A stretch of DNA of 64,000 nucleotides from Somniosus microcephalus (taxonomy: Eukaryota), in contig CM126223.1 in NCBI GenBank assembly GCA_052327205.1, forward strand, positions 61,380,001-61,444,000. The letters run 5' to 3'. The stretch's first letter is position 1, and the number at the start of each line of letters is the position of its first letter. A program made the position numbers and the translations under genes. Shown here piece by piece: positions 1 to 15,300 of the stretch. Below the pieces are notes generated by a model. The model was given only the letters and a program-made list of their open reading frames with translations. It made no database searches and was not told the origin of the DNA.

Positions 1-3000
1 GGGGAAAATGGAAGCAAGAGAGTCAGTTCTGGCCAGTCTCACACACCATCTAGTGGCTGGTTACTGAGGAGCAGAGCCCTATAGTAAATAACCTGCTAGC
101 ACACTCTGCTCCAGTATTGGAATGGCAGAGATACCCAGAGAGATGAGAAAGACACTTGTGGCTTTTCAATTTAGTACTACTAGTTATGTTACAGTAAAAA
201 AAAAAAAAATCCTCTTTCTTGGACTTCAGCTGGTTCTTGATAGTAGTTACACTCATCTAAAGATACGGGTCTAGGTTTTCCAATCATAAACATCACTGAC
301 AATGTTAAAATCTAGGTCGTGATGTCCATGCTAACGAGTGAATTTTTTCCACTCAGTAACTGCATCAAGTCGTCCTGAATCAGCGGAGATTAGAGATGTA
401 TCGCTGATTGGAGGAAAGCCGTGAGCGGTGTAGATCGATCTATGATTCAGATTCCATGAACACTTCCCATAGATACTCGCCCATGAGCCTACCCAGAATG
501 AACGGGCAGATATTTCAGCTAAGTCATTTAAATAGAAAAAGTGAATCACATCTAATAACAAAAAAATTTATTCAAAGTTTCAATAATACATACTGAACAG
601 GTTATCTACAAATCTATGGTCAGGTAACATTTTCTTCCTGCTAAAAGTTACACTGAATATACAGCACAAGATATATAAAAAGCAAAATGTTATCAGAACA
701 CAAGAATATAACAGGAAATCATTTTTATCGTGACACAATTTTGTACTATACGCAAATACTAGGCAGAGCAGTAGACACAAAAGGTAGTTTTAAGAATTTA
801 ATACAAGCAGACAGAAAGTATGGCAGCAGGTGTCTTCACTGCACAGTGTGGCTTGATAGTCAGCAAAACACAGTAAATCTAGTATGTTCAAAAACCTGAT
901 AATCATTAAAAAATACATGTTAAAAAAACTGTAGGCAATGACTGAAAAAAAGCACTGAATACAAGGGCTGACGATCCCATGAGTGATGCCATATATGTTC
1001 CAACAGTGCAGCAACCAATCACAACTGGTTCTCCACAGTTGTTACCGTAGAAAGTTCCAAAGAGAACGCTGCTGAAAATATATATTTCAGGAATTCACAT
1101 TCACCCCATCCCACCTCCCCTCCCCCCCCTCAAAGGTCCTGGTAGGGGTCAGAAATAAATAGAGAATAACGAATATCTGGAAGTGATTTATAAAGACTGT
1201 AATCTAATCAGGGAGGTCACAGGACAATTGGCTACAAAAGTAAACCCTTGAAACCACTTCCAGGCATCTATTATTTTGTATTATATATGCAGATTACAAT
1301 TTTTGTTTAAGGTTAGGAATTATTTCTTACAGTTGTTGGGAGAGCTCCACAGTCTCGGTGCTGTGACATTCATATCCCTTTGTAACATTACTGCATTAGA
1401 ACCAACAAAAAAAGTAGTAGCAGACAACAGAAATTCTATATACAGTGCAAATATTAAACTGTCCTTGTTATAATCAGGTTGAGAATTGTTTTTGTAAATT
1501 AGCATCTTGTTTTGAGATGTAACGCTTCACAAGTTAAACTATATATCACCTGTCCCTTACAAATGGTAAACTCCATGGTGTGGAGCGTACAATCCTTCAA
1601 TTAGTGTCCAAGATTTCATGTTGTGGGACGGGAAGGGCTTGCTGATATCATGCACTGAAATGGAGGTGTACCATACCTATTCACTATAACCTCGTGAAAG
1701 GTCAGTGTCTAGGGCTATTTAGTAAAATTCATTGGAAATTAAAAACACACTAAAACCCAGTTTTCCACAATAGCTGCTGCACGTTTTCCTAATATTTTAT
1801 GACAGGATTTCAGTACAATGTTTTAAAGTGATGTTTTCAACATGCCTTATTATACATAATGGTAGAAGCCTATTCTAGTTGGGTACAATTTCTAGCTGAA
1901 TTGTGTCTTGGCATCGTTCGTGAAACTGGCCAGGAGTCCAAAAGAGCAGAGAGAATGCATTTGGCTAAACTCAGCCCTCTATCAGCGAGCCAAATTTTGG
2001 CACAGGAGTGTGGTTAACGGGCAACACACAAAAACCAAAACCCATGGTAAAAATCACTAAATATGCTGATTTTTGTACTGCAAGGTCATAATTCTTGGCT
2101 CAACTAAAGAGACAAAGCTGATGCCAGATACTGGGAACTCACATACACCAATTCTAGAATCCTTTCTGAAAACCGATTCAAAGGCAGATTTGCACTCTTT
2201 AGCGATCAAGTTCCTCGTAATAAAAACTGGAAAATGTCAATTTTTCTCCATAATTAATGACCCACTAATACAATTACAATATTCCACGCTTATGGAGAAA
2301 AAGTCAGGCAATTGGCAGTTTTCCTTAAAAGGAATTTCATTCAAATCAGAAGCAATAAGAATGAATGTACTATACGACAATGTTGCTTAGTAACCTAGCT
2401 CCTTGCAACAGCACCTCGAAAACAGCATTACCGCACATAGAGACAACTTCCAGGTTCATTTTAAAATCACCTACACATTGTATTTAGTACAGAATGGAAC
2501 AGATATTCGGCCCTGAAAGTACTCTCCACTTTCAGCAGACTTTCCCCCAGAACAGCGCTCACAAGCAAAGACAGACAAGTTAAAAATGCAGATTGCAGTA
2601 CAAGAGTGGATTTCCCCCCCATGGTTTTTTAAAGTCTATCATTTTTGATTTCCACAAATGACTCCATATAATCTCAGACCAAGTTTACGGTTTCAAACGA
2701 GAAATTAAGAATTATTTTACATTTTTAACTCAAGGGGAAAGCATACCCTAAATGAAAGGCAGAGTTATAGCATAACATTAACACTGAAACAAACAGATAC
2801 AAGAACATGGAATGTGCTGCAATGTTATGCCTTTTCTGACAAACAGAAGGTCCAAAGTCTTTATATATACACACGATTTTTTTAAACTCCTGCCGCCCCC
2901 CACCCCAAGGAGTTTAATTAGGAGACGGTTGTTGCAATGTTTGTACATATGTCCATACCTCAAACAGTGCAAGTACTTTTAGCAGAGGTTGGTCAATGGA

Positions 3001-3164
3001 GAAGTGTAATGTTAAAATACTCCATGCTGCTTCATAGTTGCTAGTTTGCAAGTCGGTTGAAATGTCTGCAAACTACAGCTCAATAACAAGATGTATTTCA
3101 ATTCCCGATCATTCTTCAATAATTATTGATATTTTGCTGCGATTGTGGCCCCAAACAAAACCTC

Positions 3165-3400
3165 TGTATATGGACGCAGGATCAGCCCCTTGTGCCTGCT
3201 CTGCCATTCAATCAGATCCTGGCTGATCTGTACCTCAACTCCGTATCCCTGGATATCCTTATCTATCAATCTCAGCCTTTAAAGCTCCAATTGTCCCAGC
3301 AGCCTCAGCCTTTTAGCGGAGATAATTCCAGGTTTCTACTACCCTTTGGGTGGGAAAAAGTGCTTCCTGGTTTCCCTCCTGAATGGCCTAGTTCCAACTT
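3165..3400 (-). mobile_element. CR1-type LINE 3' fragment
   Basis: Matches the cctgctccgccattcaat..gatcatggctgatct tail seen in other CR1 copies in the window. Confidence 0.65.
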
Positions 3401-3824
3401 TACTCTCTCGTGAAAGGTCACCATCAGATAAAGCTTTTATTGTGGCACTCCGCTGGTGGTGTAGGTATTTACAGGATCATCATTACAGGGGAAAGACAAT
3501 TTTGTCAGTGCAATTAGGTTTAATTTATGTTAACTAGTTATAATTACATACTTTAATTTTCATAACTAGGAATTATCAGAAGCCCATATTGCACATGTAA
3601 ATTACATTGACAGATGCAAAGCAAAGCTCCTTCGCCTGTACCCCAATGTACCTCTACTCCTAACTTCAGATCACGTGGAATAGCACATAAAATCCCTTTT
3701 AGCAGAGGGGAAAAAATGCCGAGTTTCATAAAGGTACCATCACAGTTGGTTTGAGCTAGTAACAAAAATCTGCCAACGCCTCTTCTTTTCCCCTCCCTAC
3801 GAACACCTGCTTGCTTCTTTTTCT

Positions 3825-4150
3825 ATTCTTGGGATGTGGGCATTGCAGGCAAGGCTGTCAGTCATTTATTACCCAGCCCTAGTTGCCCTGAGGGCATTAA
3901 GAGTCAACCCTGTGGTGTGGGACTAGAGTCAGACGTAGGCCAGACCGGGTAGGGGTGGCATGTTCCCTTCCCTGAAGAACATTCGTGAACCAGTTAGGTT
4001 TTTTTAAAACAATTTTCAGTCACTTTTATCTGGTGTCAGCCCACAAATCACCAGATTTTTTTTTAATGAATTCCATTTCCCAACTTGCCATGGTGGGATT
4101 TGAACTCAACTTCTGAATTGCTTGTCCAGTACCACAATCACTAGGAAACC
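3825..4150 (-). mobile_element. tRNA-derived SINE with HE1/HER1-type tail
   Basis: B-box-like gggatttgaactc at ~4096-4108, and a gatgtgggc...ccctagttgccctgag tail shared with the LINE ends at 15.5, 28.1 and 48.5 kb. Confidence 0.55.
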
Positions 4151-5074
4151 ATACCCATTTCTTTCCCTTGTTTCAGCTGGTTAAAAAAGCTATAGATAAT
4201 AGAATTATACCATGCATCCTAAGCAGGTGATTAGTGACTAACTGTAAAATATAACTCATATATACAAGTACTATCTTTGAAAACTCTTCTACCAGATTTG
4301 TTAGTTTCGTTGAATCCATCACGGGGAGGATAAACCAAAAAAAAATCCATCTCTCCCTCTGTATACCTCCTGGCAGCCACAGAGGGGGCTGGGAGCAGGT
4401 TGGCTGCCCATTCTCTTTAATGGAACAGGGAAAGAAAATAAAGACAACTAGACAAGGGAAAAAAACACACTACGGATAAAATCATTGTGGTGCCAGCTTT
4501 CCACACTTGAACTGTAACTCCTAATTACTATCAGTTTAAAAAGAAAGGCTACAAGGTAAGACTGTTCGATCTTAAGGCGATAGTAAAATGTGGCAATGGA
4601 ATTCGAAGATGTCTGATTAGGTAGATAGGAACTCATGGAAGCACATTCCTGTTTTTCCATCAAAGTCAACAGAACTAACAACAGTTAAGAACCAATTGAG
4701 AATTCCTAATACTATGTTTTGCTCTCACATCCCACCTACATTTGTTTTTTCAACACAAAAAGGAGCCAGTAAAAGGTTAATTGTTTTCCCACTGTATTTA
4801 TGCTCCAACCCGAACCTATCAAAGCGTACTTACTGCGGACACCATTTTGGTTTAGAATGTTGAAGCCCTAACACGCTATGCTATTGGCAATAGGATACGG
4901 GCTTGGACTTGCAATATTGTACACATTTTAATTTTCAAAATTTGCCTTTAGTACATTAGGTGACGAGGTACTGAGTGGAGATAAAGAACTTTCCACAGTG
5001 AGGGTGATGAACAATAAATGGATATTAGGCTACTCTTGTCCAGCTTCTACCAGTCAGTTTCAGAGCAGTATTGT

Positions 5075-5298
5075 TCTCAGAGGGTTGTGAATCTTTGGCA
5101 TTCTCTACCCCAAATTGCTGGGGATGCTGAATTGTTGTATATTCAAGGTTGAGATCGCTAAGTCTTGGACTCTAGGGAAATCAAGTGATATGGGGACCGG
5201 GCAGAAAAATAGAGTTGGGGTTGAAGATCAGCCATGACCTTACTGAATGGCGGAGCAGGCTCGAGGGCTGTTTGGCCTACTCCTGCTCCTATTTCTTA
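5075..5298 (+). mobile_element. CR1-type LINE 3' end
   Basis: agggttgtgaatctttgg ... gatcagccatga ... gaatggcggagcaggctcgaggg ... cctactcctgctcctatttcttatg tail. Confidence 0.75.
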
Positions 5299-8200
5299 TG
5301 TACTGGTAGAGAAGTCTGAGCAGATCAGGTGTCCATGGATTGCACATTCCACAGGGAAAATAAAAGTGTTTTTATATTTATAAATGAAAAAAGCCCTTAG
5401 TGGGAAGCCATTTATAGTACAGGTAGTCACTGTGCCACACACAAGTTTTTTCATTCTCTCTACTTCCGGACCGTGCAGCATCTTTTACGATTCCCCAATA
5501 AGCATCCATCTACACGAGACAAACTATCTAAATCCTCGGAATCGTAACTAGTCGACAACTGTTGAGCACTGGAGTAGGGCACAATGTGACCAGTTACTCT
5601 CAATCAACCCATGTCAAACCCCTGCTTGGCAAATGAACTTCCATCTTGAGATGTTATTGCCCACACATTAATGGAAGGTTTTTACAACAGTGCCATACGT
5701 AATGAACTGCACAAACAGTGCAACAACCCGCTACAAGTGAGGCACGTTCAGTTATTTAACTGCCGTCGTAAATTTTAAAAATATTTTTCATGTCTAGGTG
5801 ATGTAGAACAGGATTTAGGTTCCCTATAAAAACTGACAATTCTTTTTTTTTTTTAAAGAAGCCAGAGGACCCAAAGGTGATACTTTCAATTGTGCAAACA
5901 AGACAATATCTTGCACACTTACAAAAACAGCAAAGTATTCATTTTTTGAGTCCATGATTAAGGTTGTAAAAGCAAGGTTATAAGGAAAAACAAAAAAATG
6001 CTTAACCAATGCATTAGAAATATACACAATGCATAATTTTAACAAAACTAATAAGTCTGTGAAAACATTTTTAATTTACAATAGGGTGCATAATTCTTCA
6101 ACAACTTTCAAAAGTGTACAATGGGTTATTTCCCAACAAGGAAAGTGAAAAGGTTGCTGAGGTAGTAAGCAGCACTACTGCACAGAGCACAGTTGTAAAC
6201 AGTTTTTAAACATGCATGTGTGGAGAGCAATGATACTGGGGAAACTGAACTTTTTCTCTATTTCACAATCTTTGATTGCATGAAGGACTTGGAGATGTGG
6301 CAGAACTTTCAGTTTTCAATTCTAAAAAAAGGTTACAGTGAGAACATTAACTTGTCTCTTCTCGTTACACATGCGAACGGTCAGGCTGCGCATTTCCAGC
6401 AGTTTGTGTTTTTGCTTTAGATTTCCAACCTTTGCCAGGTTTTCTTTTTTTGTTATTGGTTCTCCCCATACGTCAATTCTTAAAAAAAGACAGACCCTTC
6501 ATTTGAACCCAGGACATATCCAGTTCCTTCATACAGGTTGATCGAATTTGTATTTTTCCCCACAAGAGGGATACTTTTAAAAGGAGCAATGTGTTTCAAT
6601 TGTACTTCATCCCTCCATAGAGCATTTTCCAAAAGTAAAAGTTAATATTTGATTTCATGCAACTATAATCTGCTTAGTCCTGTATTAGGAATTGGGAAGA
6701 GGGCCAAAGTTGGAGGAAGGCAGGTACGCCTTGCTTAGGCTAGAAAAACAGATTCAGAATATACTGTAAAATGCCAATCAAGGAATTGTGGTCTTTAAAA
6801 TACACTAATATAGCTGTATTTTGATAAATATACTTTGAGCCCGGGGTATTCAAAAAGTAGTAGAAAGGATAGAAAGGGATAAGTAAACTGAAGACATTAC
6901 TTGTACACTTGTGAGAATGTTTAATTATGGACCATCCCATAAATGCAAATGCCGATCATAAAACATTTGAGGCAGACCAGTCCTCCTCCATATGAGTATT
7001 GCAAGGTTCATGAATATAGGACACTTTAGATGTTAGAATATTCGATACCAGGACTGTAACCACACGCATTGGTGTATAATTAAACTACAGCCTAATACTG
7101 TACCTCACTAAAAATATTACTGAACAGTTAAAAACAAAGTAAAAGACCAAACTATGAAACCAGAATCACAGAGTTACAATAAACTGTGTTTTAGAAATTT
7201 AAAGTTAGGAAATCATTTCCAAAATGCTGAACATTTAAGAGTCAAAAGGAACAGAAAGTTAGGTCTAGCTTTAGACACCACAGGTTGGTTGTTAAACTTC
7301 TACTGGTAAAAACCTGGGCAGGTGCTTTTCTTACGGTTGGCATACCGTACACATGGCAGAATGACGAGGATCATTTTTCAATCAATCAGTTATGAAAAAA
7401 AATTGAGCAACTCACAGAATAACGTGCACAATTCAATCAATAATTCTCCTCTAATAAAAATTCTCACGAGAAAGACACCTGCTGCCATACTGTTGCAGGC
7501 AACAGCATCCATTCGGTACCTCCCCGAATTGTCCATTTTTCATGCATGGCCCTAGACAATGAGCACTGGCTGGCTGTTCTACCACATGGGGTATCTTGTC
7601 ATCATTCCCAAGCCCAATTTTGTCATCAATCCCAGTCCACACACACACACACATTTCCCAGCAAAGGTAACTGGGTAGCAATCAGGAGTGGGAACGCTGC
7701 CTAATCTCTCACCCTTCCCTAACATGGGTCCTTCCTGGTTTGCAGGGCTCTGTCCAGTTACCCACTGAGCCCTCAAAACATCTTAAACATAGTTACTACG
7801 TTATCTGTTTCTGGAAGTTTTTGGAGGGTACTGCAAGTGTCACCATGAAGCAAAATAGCAACCCAACACAATGAAAGCATGCAGCATATAGAGGGAAAGA
7901 TTCTGTATAGCCAGAAAGATGGGTCCATCTCATTTTAAAAGATTTAAAATAAAGTTGCTTTTTTGTAATAGTCATGATTCTGTAAGTTTCAATAAAGTAA
8001 AATTCTGGGGAATTGTACAAACTGTTACTTTAGAGCACCTGCAAGGTAGTTGCTTTCATTTGCCTTGATATCATTAATTATTTCAGGAGAAATAAAGCTA
8101 AAACCATGTAGATCCTTTCTTAAAAAAATACCAGTTCATGACCTGGATTGAAGGGGCACATTTCCAGTACTCCATTCTTACCGCCAGAGTGTTAATGCTA

Positions 8201-9259
8201 CAGTAGCAGAATGGAGAATGATATTGTGAACTACCATACGTCTGTGGGCTCTGCAGGAACATGGTCTGCTGGTTGGATCCAAAATCAACAGCTCGTGGAC
8301 ACTGGACAAGTAGAATTTTTCATACCTGTATGCCACCAGAGAAACAAAGTCCCAATACTAGTAGATATAAAATGGTCAAATTCCATATTTGAAGATCAAA
8401 AAAAGCACAAGGTGGATAAAATTTCTAAAACGATCCAACTTAAGAGCAAAATCAAATGACTGCAGTCACAAAGGAAACTGTACAGGAAAAAACAGCACCT
8501 TCTTGTATTTGATGCCCATTTTCAAGCCCTCATTAATATAGGGGAACGTCTTATACACCAGTGCAATGCAACACCAATGTGATTCAGAGCATTCTTTAAA
8601 ACAAGGTTGCAACTTTACACTCGTTTATATAGTAAAATGATGATTTACAAGAATGCAGATTTTAAGAAAAGTGCAGGTACTATATAACATTTAAAACACC
8701 TGCACATTCCAGGCTTTCCACCTGTGTGGTTTTTTTTCTTGCTGTCTGTCCTTCCCCAGTGTAATCAGTTCAACTTGTATAATTAGATGCAACATTGAGC
8801 AGTGGTGACAATATACAACCAAATTAAGTGAAAAACAATTCCTTAGCCTTCCATCAATTAAAATTAATTTCTTGTTCTGGCAGAACAGGATCCATTAGTA
8901 GAATTGCTTTGTGTATGTACATATTTTAGACATTAGTACGTGTGTCCATTTTTCAGCACAAATCACCAACCTATTCCCAGATGGAGGTACAGGAATGATA
9001 CAGACAGATGTATAGCCTACCTTTTAACTAGTCAATAAATCCAGAGCCTGGACATTAGACCACAATTTTACATAGTCGGAAAAACCACAAAACTGATTTT
9101 TTTTCTCTCCCTGGAGAAAGACATTTCAACATCTCCTCATCTTCTTGATAGAATTAACTGAAGATCCTGGGTTTAATTCATTTTAGGTACCAGCATACCT
9201 GCTGGTTAATAAGGTTCTAATTCAGCCATCAATACCGTGGCACTTCCTTTCAATATTTT

Positions 9260-9378
9260 TCACCAGGGTGGAGACGATGGCAAGACCTGGGACAGAAAAG
9301 GCACACTCTCCACAGGCCTAACTGTTATATTCACTGGACTTGCAGCAGGAGCTGGAGTGTGGCAAACCTCACCGGTGT
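9260..9378 (-). CDS. MAZ: Terminal coding exon ([39 protein letters not shown])
   Basis: Acceptor ttcttccag|AC in phase 1; TGA at 9262-9260. TGEVC matches the MAZ last exon, and the C-terminus resembles VEZF1 RPVESMPFLPQALPTSPPW. Confidence 0.9.
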
Positions 9379-12300
9379 CTGGAAGAATAAAGGATTGTGA
9401 GGGAGGAAGGTGGAAAAAAGAAAGTTCATTAGCAAACAAATACTCTTTAAAAAAGTTAAGCTTTTAACATTACAAAAAAAAACACGTTTCCTCAATTTAA
9501 AGATGGTGTTTTCTTTCTCCATCCCAAATCAATGAAGAAAAACAGAGGTTCCTGTTTTTGGAGTTTGGTTTCTGGTAACAATACACGAGGCCTATTGCTT
9601 AATATCTTCATTAGTAATGCTGTGTTAACTGACTAGTATCAACGTGTTTAAGATGTGGGAATATATTAATTAGCTGTGTGGATACTCAAAGACTGACAGG
9701 AAACCAAGTGATTACAGACATTATGTGCACATTTCCAATGACAAAGTTTCTATCTTAAAAAAAATTCTGCTCACATCCACTGAACATAATTTCAATTCGA
9801 AATGTCTTCAGGAATTGGTCACTGCAGAGCTATGCACAAAAAAAGGTCCATTCAGATACAGTGTACATAACAATTGGAAATCAGTATCACGTATTTGTAC
9901 AAGAAAGTGATCATTAGCACAAAGTGCCAGTTAACAATAGGGGGCGATGAAATATTAACCTTATATTCATCAATATGGTTTTACCATTTATAAACCATTA
10001 CCAAATAGCTAGTTATGAGATGAAAACGGTTTTCATACTTCAAAATGAAGCTGTAACATCAAAACATTATGGTAGGGTGAGCAATGTGACATCCCATGTT
10101 ATATTTTTTTAAATATAGGAAACCGGTAATATTGCTATATATCAGAAAGGGATAGATACACAAACTATAACCTTCAGAAGGAGATAAAGCAATATTCACT
10201 TAGAAAACAAATTAAGTGGAGTGGTAGGTCGTGTATTTGCAAACACAAAACCCTTCATGGAGAGGTCTCGAGCCAGGCTATGCATTTTTTTGGGGAGCGG
10301 GGGGGGGAGGGGGGGTGAAGAGAAGAGGCAGATAGGGAGAAGGAGAGGTGTCAAGCAAAGGCCAAACTGTTTCCCATTAGGGGCAAAATAAAAAGTAGCC
10401 AAGTTAGCTATTCCCACACACTCAAACAGCTGGATCAAACCAACGTACACAAAAAGCTTGGGAACTCACCCCCTTGGCCAGCTAGGAACAAAATTGGAGC
10501 GGCAATGGAGCAGGAGCTCAAAAAGGCACCATGTTGGATGTAAGCAAAAGAATTGCAAGGGCAACCAACATTGGTTACCAGATAAGAAAAAAGGCTTTTT
10601 CCTGCTCTACTTTTTCCCTCCTGTAGTAACTTCATTTATCCCCAATACTGAAATTCATCTGGGACCCCAAAAGGAACACCAGCAAAGATATGAAACACCC
10701 AATAGTTTGAGAGAATGACAGCAGCAGTTAACTTCAATGGAGTTCCATTAGCAGGCACACAGCTGAGTTTATTTTCAGTCACTAGTGGACCTCCTATGGT
10801 GTTGCCCACAGAAAGTCATCACAAAGCAAATTTTCCTCAGAGTGCATTAGTGCTGCTGTAGGTATCGGTATGGGGATCTGTAGCTTTTTGGAGCTTACGA
10901 AAGTCCACCTAAAGGCAGAAGTACACAGCTGCCCGTGTGATTGTGTCACAGAACAATGATGCCCAAATAAGGAACATTCAACATGCATATAAAATTTAAT
11001 ACATCCATGATATATTAAAAATCTTACATCTGCACACACTTCCCATCAACTTTTTCCATAATAAATGCCGTCGGCCATATTTATAACAAAACTGCCAATG
11101 TAAACTTGTCACAGTATAATTACACTCTTGCATCAATGTGGGCATGCAGCACCAACAATTTATAATGGAAATATCAAAATAAAGGATAGAATGGATGACT
11201 TAAAATGGTGACCCATGTCATTTACCTCTGCTTCACCTGAAGACTTGGTCTTGACTACCCGTGTGCAACTAGTTATACAAATTTTTATCTTTTATTTTAT
11301 CAATAGCTGGGCAAAATTGAGTAAATCAGAACTATTAGGCAGATTTGTAACTGATTATCAAACTAACTAAAATCAAAATTGTGGCAAAAAAAATCTTCAC
11401 CAGATTACTCAAAAATGTAAAAATCAATATTCAGCGATTCACAAAATGGGCACAGGGATCCCCTCAAACTAAAATGCTGGGGGGAAAACCATCTCAGTTA
11501 ATGTAAACAACCAGCAGTTTCCCCCAAATGAATTACATGCCACTGAAATGCACCCACGTCATCAAGCAGTATGTAGCAGGAACACCGCCAGGTACAACCC
11601 CTCACGCTCTTTCTACAAGTCCACTCCCTCCCCTAAAAAAAATACCACAGGCAACCCAACAAGCCTTGCAAACAAAGCTCGCAAGTTCGAGTCCCAAGGC
11701 TGCCTGTCACTCCAACTCACTTGCCTCAGTTTGGTAAGTTTGGTCAGTTCTCAACTGGGCTGCTAGATGAAGCGCCACGCAGTACCAAGGCATTCCATGT
11801 CAGGTGGGGTGAGGTGGCAGGAAAGCAGGCAGAATCCAACTCGCCCCATTTCAATTGCGCTTCCTGCTGGCCAATTGTGGAGTGGCATTGACAGTAGCTG
11901 TAGTGAAGTCCTCCCCTGAAGGGGGATGCGAGGGGAAAAGTGGCATCCATGGGAGGAAAATCTAAATTAAAAAAGCAAACTCAGGCAGTTGAAACTATTA
12001 AAAGTTCGTCATAACACTAACAAAATAATAAGCAGTGTCAATTTTTCATTTCTAATGTCTAACTCTGGTTAGTGGATTGAAAATGGAAATTTAGAGTTAG
12101 AGTTTAAAATTTACTGGACAGCATTTTAGGAAACGTGTATGAAATAAAATGTGCCAATCCCAAAACACAGCAATCGTTAACTTATAATAAAGGCTTCCAT
12201 GCAATACAGTAGTTACCAGATATAAAAACAAAAGCATTCTACGGAAAAATAAAATACATAGACAGACATTAGTATACAACATATTCAAAGCTACCAGGAC

Positions 12301-15300
12301 AACGCTGCCACTCCCAGGACACTTTTAAAGCCTTGTATTAAAAATCGCCAAATGTACCCCAAAATCTTTAACACTTTACAGTCTAAATCAGTCGAAGAGC
12401 ATCAACACATACTGTACAGATTACGCGAATGGGTTTAAATTTTTTAAGCCACAGGTAGTCCCCAATTATTAAAAAATCTATCCACAGTTCAGCTTTTACC
12501 CCTAGAGGGCTTTGTGAGTTAGCCACTGATGTCAGGGAATAGACAGCAGTCTAGACAGATTCTAATGTCACCTTTTTAACCAATTGCAAAAATTAGCCAG
12601 GTTTTAGTAAAATCATGAATAGCAAAATTGAAATTTAAAGAGTGAATCTCAGCAACAGGCCACACTTTCAAATAGTCAGTTGTAGCATTTGCGCCCCATA
12701 GACTCGGCTAACTACCAGCACCATGGCCTATAGTCATCAACATGCTCAAAAAGTAGCTGACCCCCACAATTTCTCTTCCTCTAATCCTCTTCTACAGGTG
12801 CACAGCCTGAAACTGTAGTAAGATTGTTACTTTAAAGAGCTGCAATTTTAAATGTTGCACTGAACAAAATGGCTGACCTCTTATTTTCAGCTCCCTGCAT
12901 GAAGCACTCCCAAGTCAGAGACAGCATGGCCATATACAGAATAAGGTTCCTCCTACTCTGTCTCAACTTCAGAAGAGTACCCTCTGACCAAGATTGCCAA
13001 TTTTTGTGTCAAATTCTTAGACCCACAAGGAACCAGGATGAGACTGCCCAAATTCATTTCATGTTGGACCCTTATGACCATCCGAGAGAGAGAGCCTTTC
13101 ATCACATCAGCCCAGGCTGGAATTCAAAATCTGGTCCCAGAGGTGAAAGCACAATGTGCAAATCCAACACACCATCCAGTCCCATCAGACGATTTATATT
13201 AAAAAGAACATTTCTCTAAGCAACTTCAACAGCCATGGTATAAGTCAGCAATCGTCCCCAGCCCTCCTGCTGCTCTATCAGCGGCCATTAAGTGCAAGAC
13301 AACTGCCTAAGTAGCACTCCTGTGTGTGGAAAGCCTGTTCTCAACTCAACATTTCTTGAAGAAAGGATAGCGGAGATTGGTAACACACCACAAGGGGAAT
13401 GATGAGTGTAAACCAGCATCCAAGCACTCTATGGTACTGTATGTTGGAGCTCTAATGTAGTGCACCTTAGCACTATTGGGTGTTCTGAATTTTAACAAAA
13501 ATATAGCAACAGGGCAGATGAACAGCAGACAGTATTTTAATACTAAGAAAAGCAATACGCATTTTTGCCAAAGATTAGGTATAGTTATACAACAAAAAGA
13601 AATAGGACGATAGTTGATAAAGCTGCTTAAAAAAAGCACAAGGTGTAAGGAGGTGTGTGTGTGTGCGTGAAAGAGTGAGGAGGGGCAGGGGAAGAAATCA
13701 GCCAGGCTTCTGGCTTGTAACCACTATCTAGCCACTCGTGGTGGAAAGTTAGTGTGAGAAGGGGAGTGGTGATGCTGCTACAGTGGAATAGCCCATCAAC
13801 ACTCAGAATTTAGGCTCACATATGATAAAAAGCCACTTGAGCAAGGTACCAGACATTGGAACTATACCAGACATTGTGGAACTATACCAATGCAAGAATA
13901 GACCCTTCGAGATAAGTCCCAATCAGTTGTACAGGCACTTTTACAAATCACTGTTGAGATCACATGGAGCATTGTGTCAGTGTTAATCATTGTGAGGCAC
14001 AAGTATTGGCAAGAGTTCAAAGGGCAAAGATGGTACCCACTTTTAAACCAATAAGCTAGGAGGAGAGGCCAACATTCATTTCCTTCTTCAAAATTTGTAT
14101 CAGAACAACAAAAGCACTGGATCAGGAGATGGTTTGATTTGCTGGATGTATTTGATAATTTTGGATTTTGGTACAAAAGCAATGGACAAAAGGGTAACTT
14201 CTCCCCAACAGCAAATGTGAATCACTTGGTTGCATCTAATTTTTATTACAGTCCTTTTCTACAGATTTTCTCACTTTCCCACAAAGGCATCGATTCTTTG
14301 TTAAATTGGCATTTTTCAGTATAGTGCTTTGCTCAAGTGGCCATACTTTGTGTATCAACTTAGTCAGAGTGTTAGCAGGCTATCTACCCATAGGGGCGTA
14401 ACACCCAAGCCCAATCACATTCTTACCCAGTGTTCAGAGGCAAACTCTTACAGCAGATGCTTCAGAAAGGATACAGCCACTTCCCCTTCCTCAAAAAAGC
14501 ATTTCTAAAAATAGCTCAGTTCTGGGTCTTAAAAATTGTGGGGACCTGTAGCTTTGAGCTTGAACCACCACAATACAACTGTTAACTGACAATTAAAATG
14601 AGATGATATTCGACTGTGTCACTTTAAAATCTTAATCTCACAATTTCAGAAAAATCTGCCACCTGATCAAGGTAATCAATTACTACCACCAAGCCCCAAG
14701 GATGTCTGGCGTTTCCGGTTGAAAAATAATTTATGTAGCGCCTCACTACATCTCTCAGAAATGTCCCAAAGTGCTTCACAGACAATGCACTACCTAAAAA
14801 TGCAATCATTGCTGTTACACAGATAAACATGGCAGTCATTTTGCACACAGCTAAATTCCACCAAAGGTAGTGAGATAACTGATCAGTGGTGTTGGTTGAG
14901 AGAGAAATGTTGGCCAAGACACTAGGAGAACTCCTGCGCTTCTTTGAATAGTGCCACGTGATCTTTAGCATCCACCTGAATGAGCAAGACAGGCAGGAAG
15001 GGACTTGGTATAACACCTCACTTGAAGGATGACAATGCCAACAATACAATCATTCCTTCAAAGGATCAGCCTAGATTACGTGCTCCAGTCCTGGAGTGGG
15101 ACTTGAGTTCATGACCTTTTATCTCAATGTTGTAAGTGCTACCAACTGAGCCAGGCTTAACTGAAAATCGTGACACACACACATCTTCAGTGACTCAATG
15201 TGAATCAGCATCCTTTCATTCCAGAATCTTAATCTTAAATGGCAGTTAAGTAAATCAGTACCAGCCAAATAGGAAGAACGAATTCGCATCTATATAGTGC

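Larger units (their letters stand above)
550..9259 (-). other. Putative long 3' UTR with alternative polyadenylation signals
   Basis: AT-rich and TE-poor. Minus-strand AATAAA at 572-567 and ATTAAA at 6075-6070 are each followed by U/GU-rich sequence. The true end is not determinable from sequence. Confidence 0.4.
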
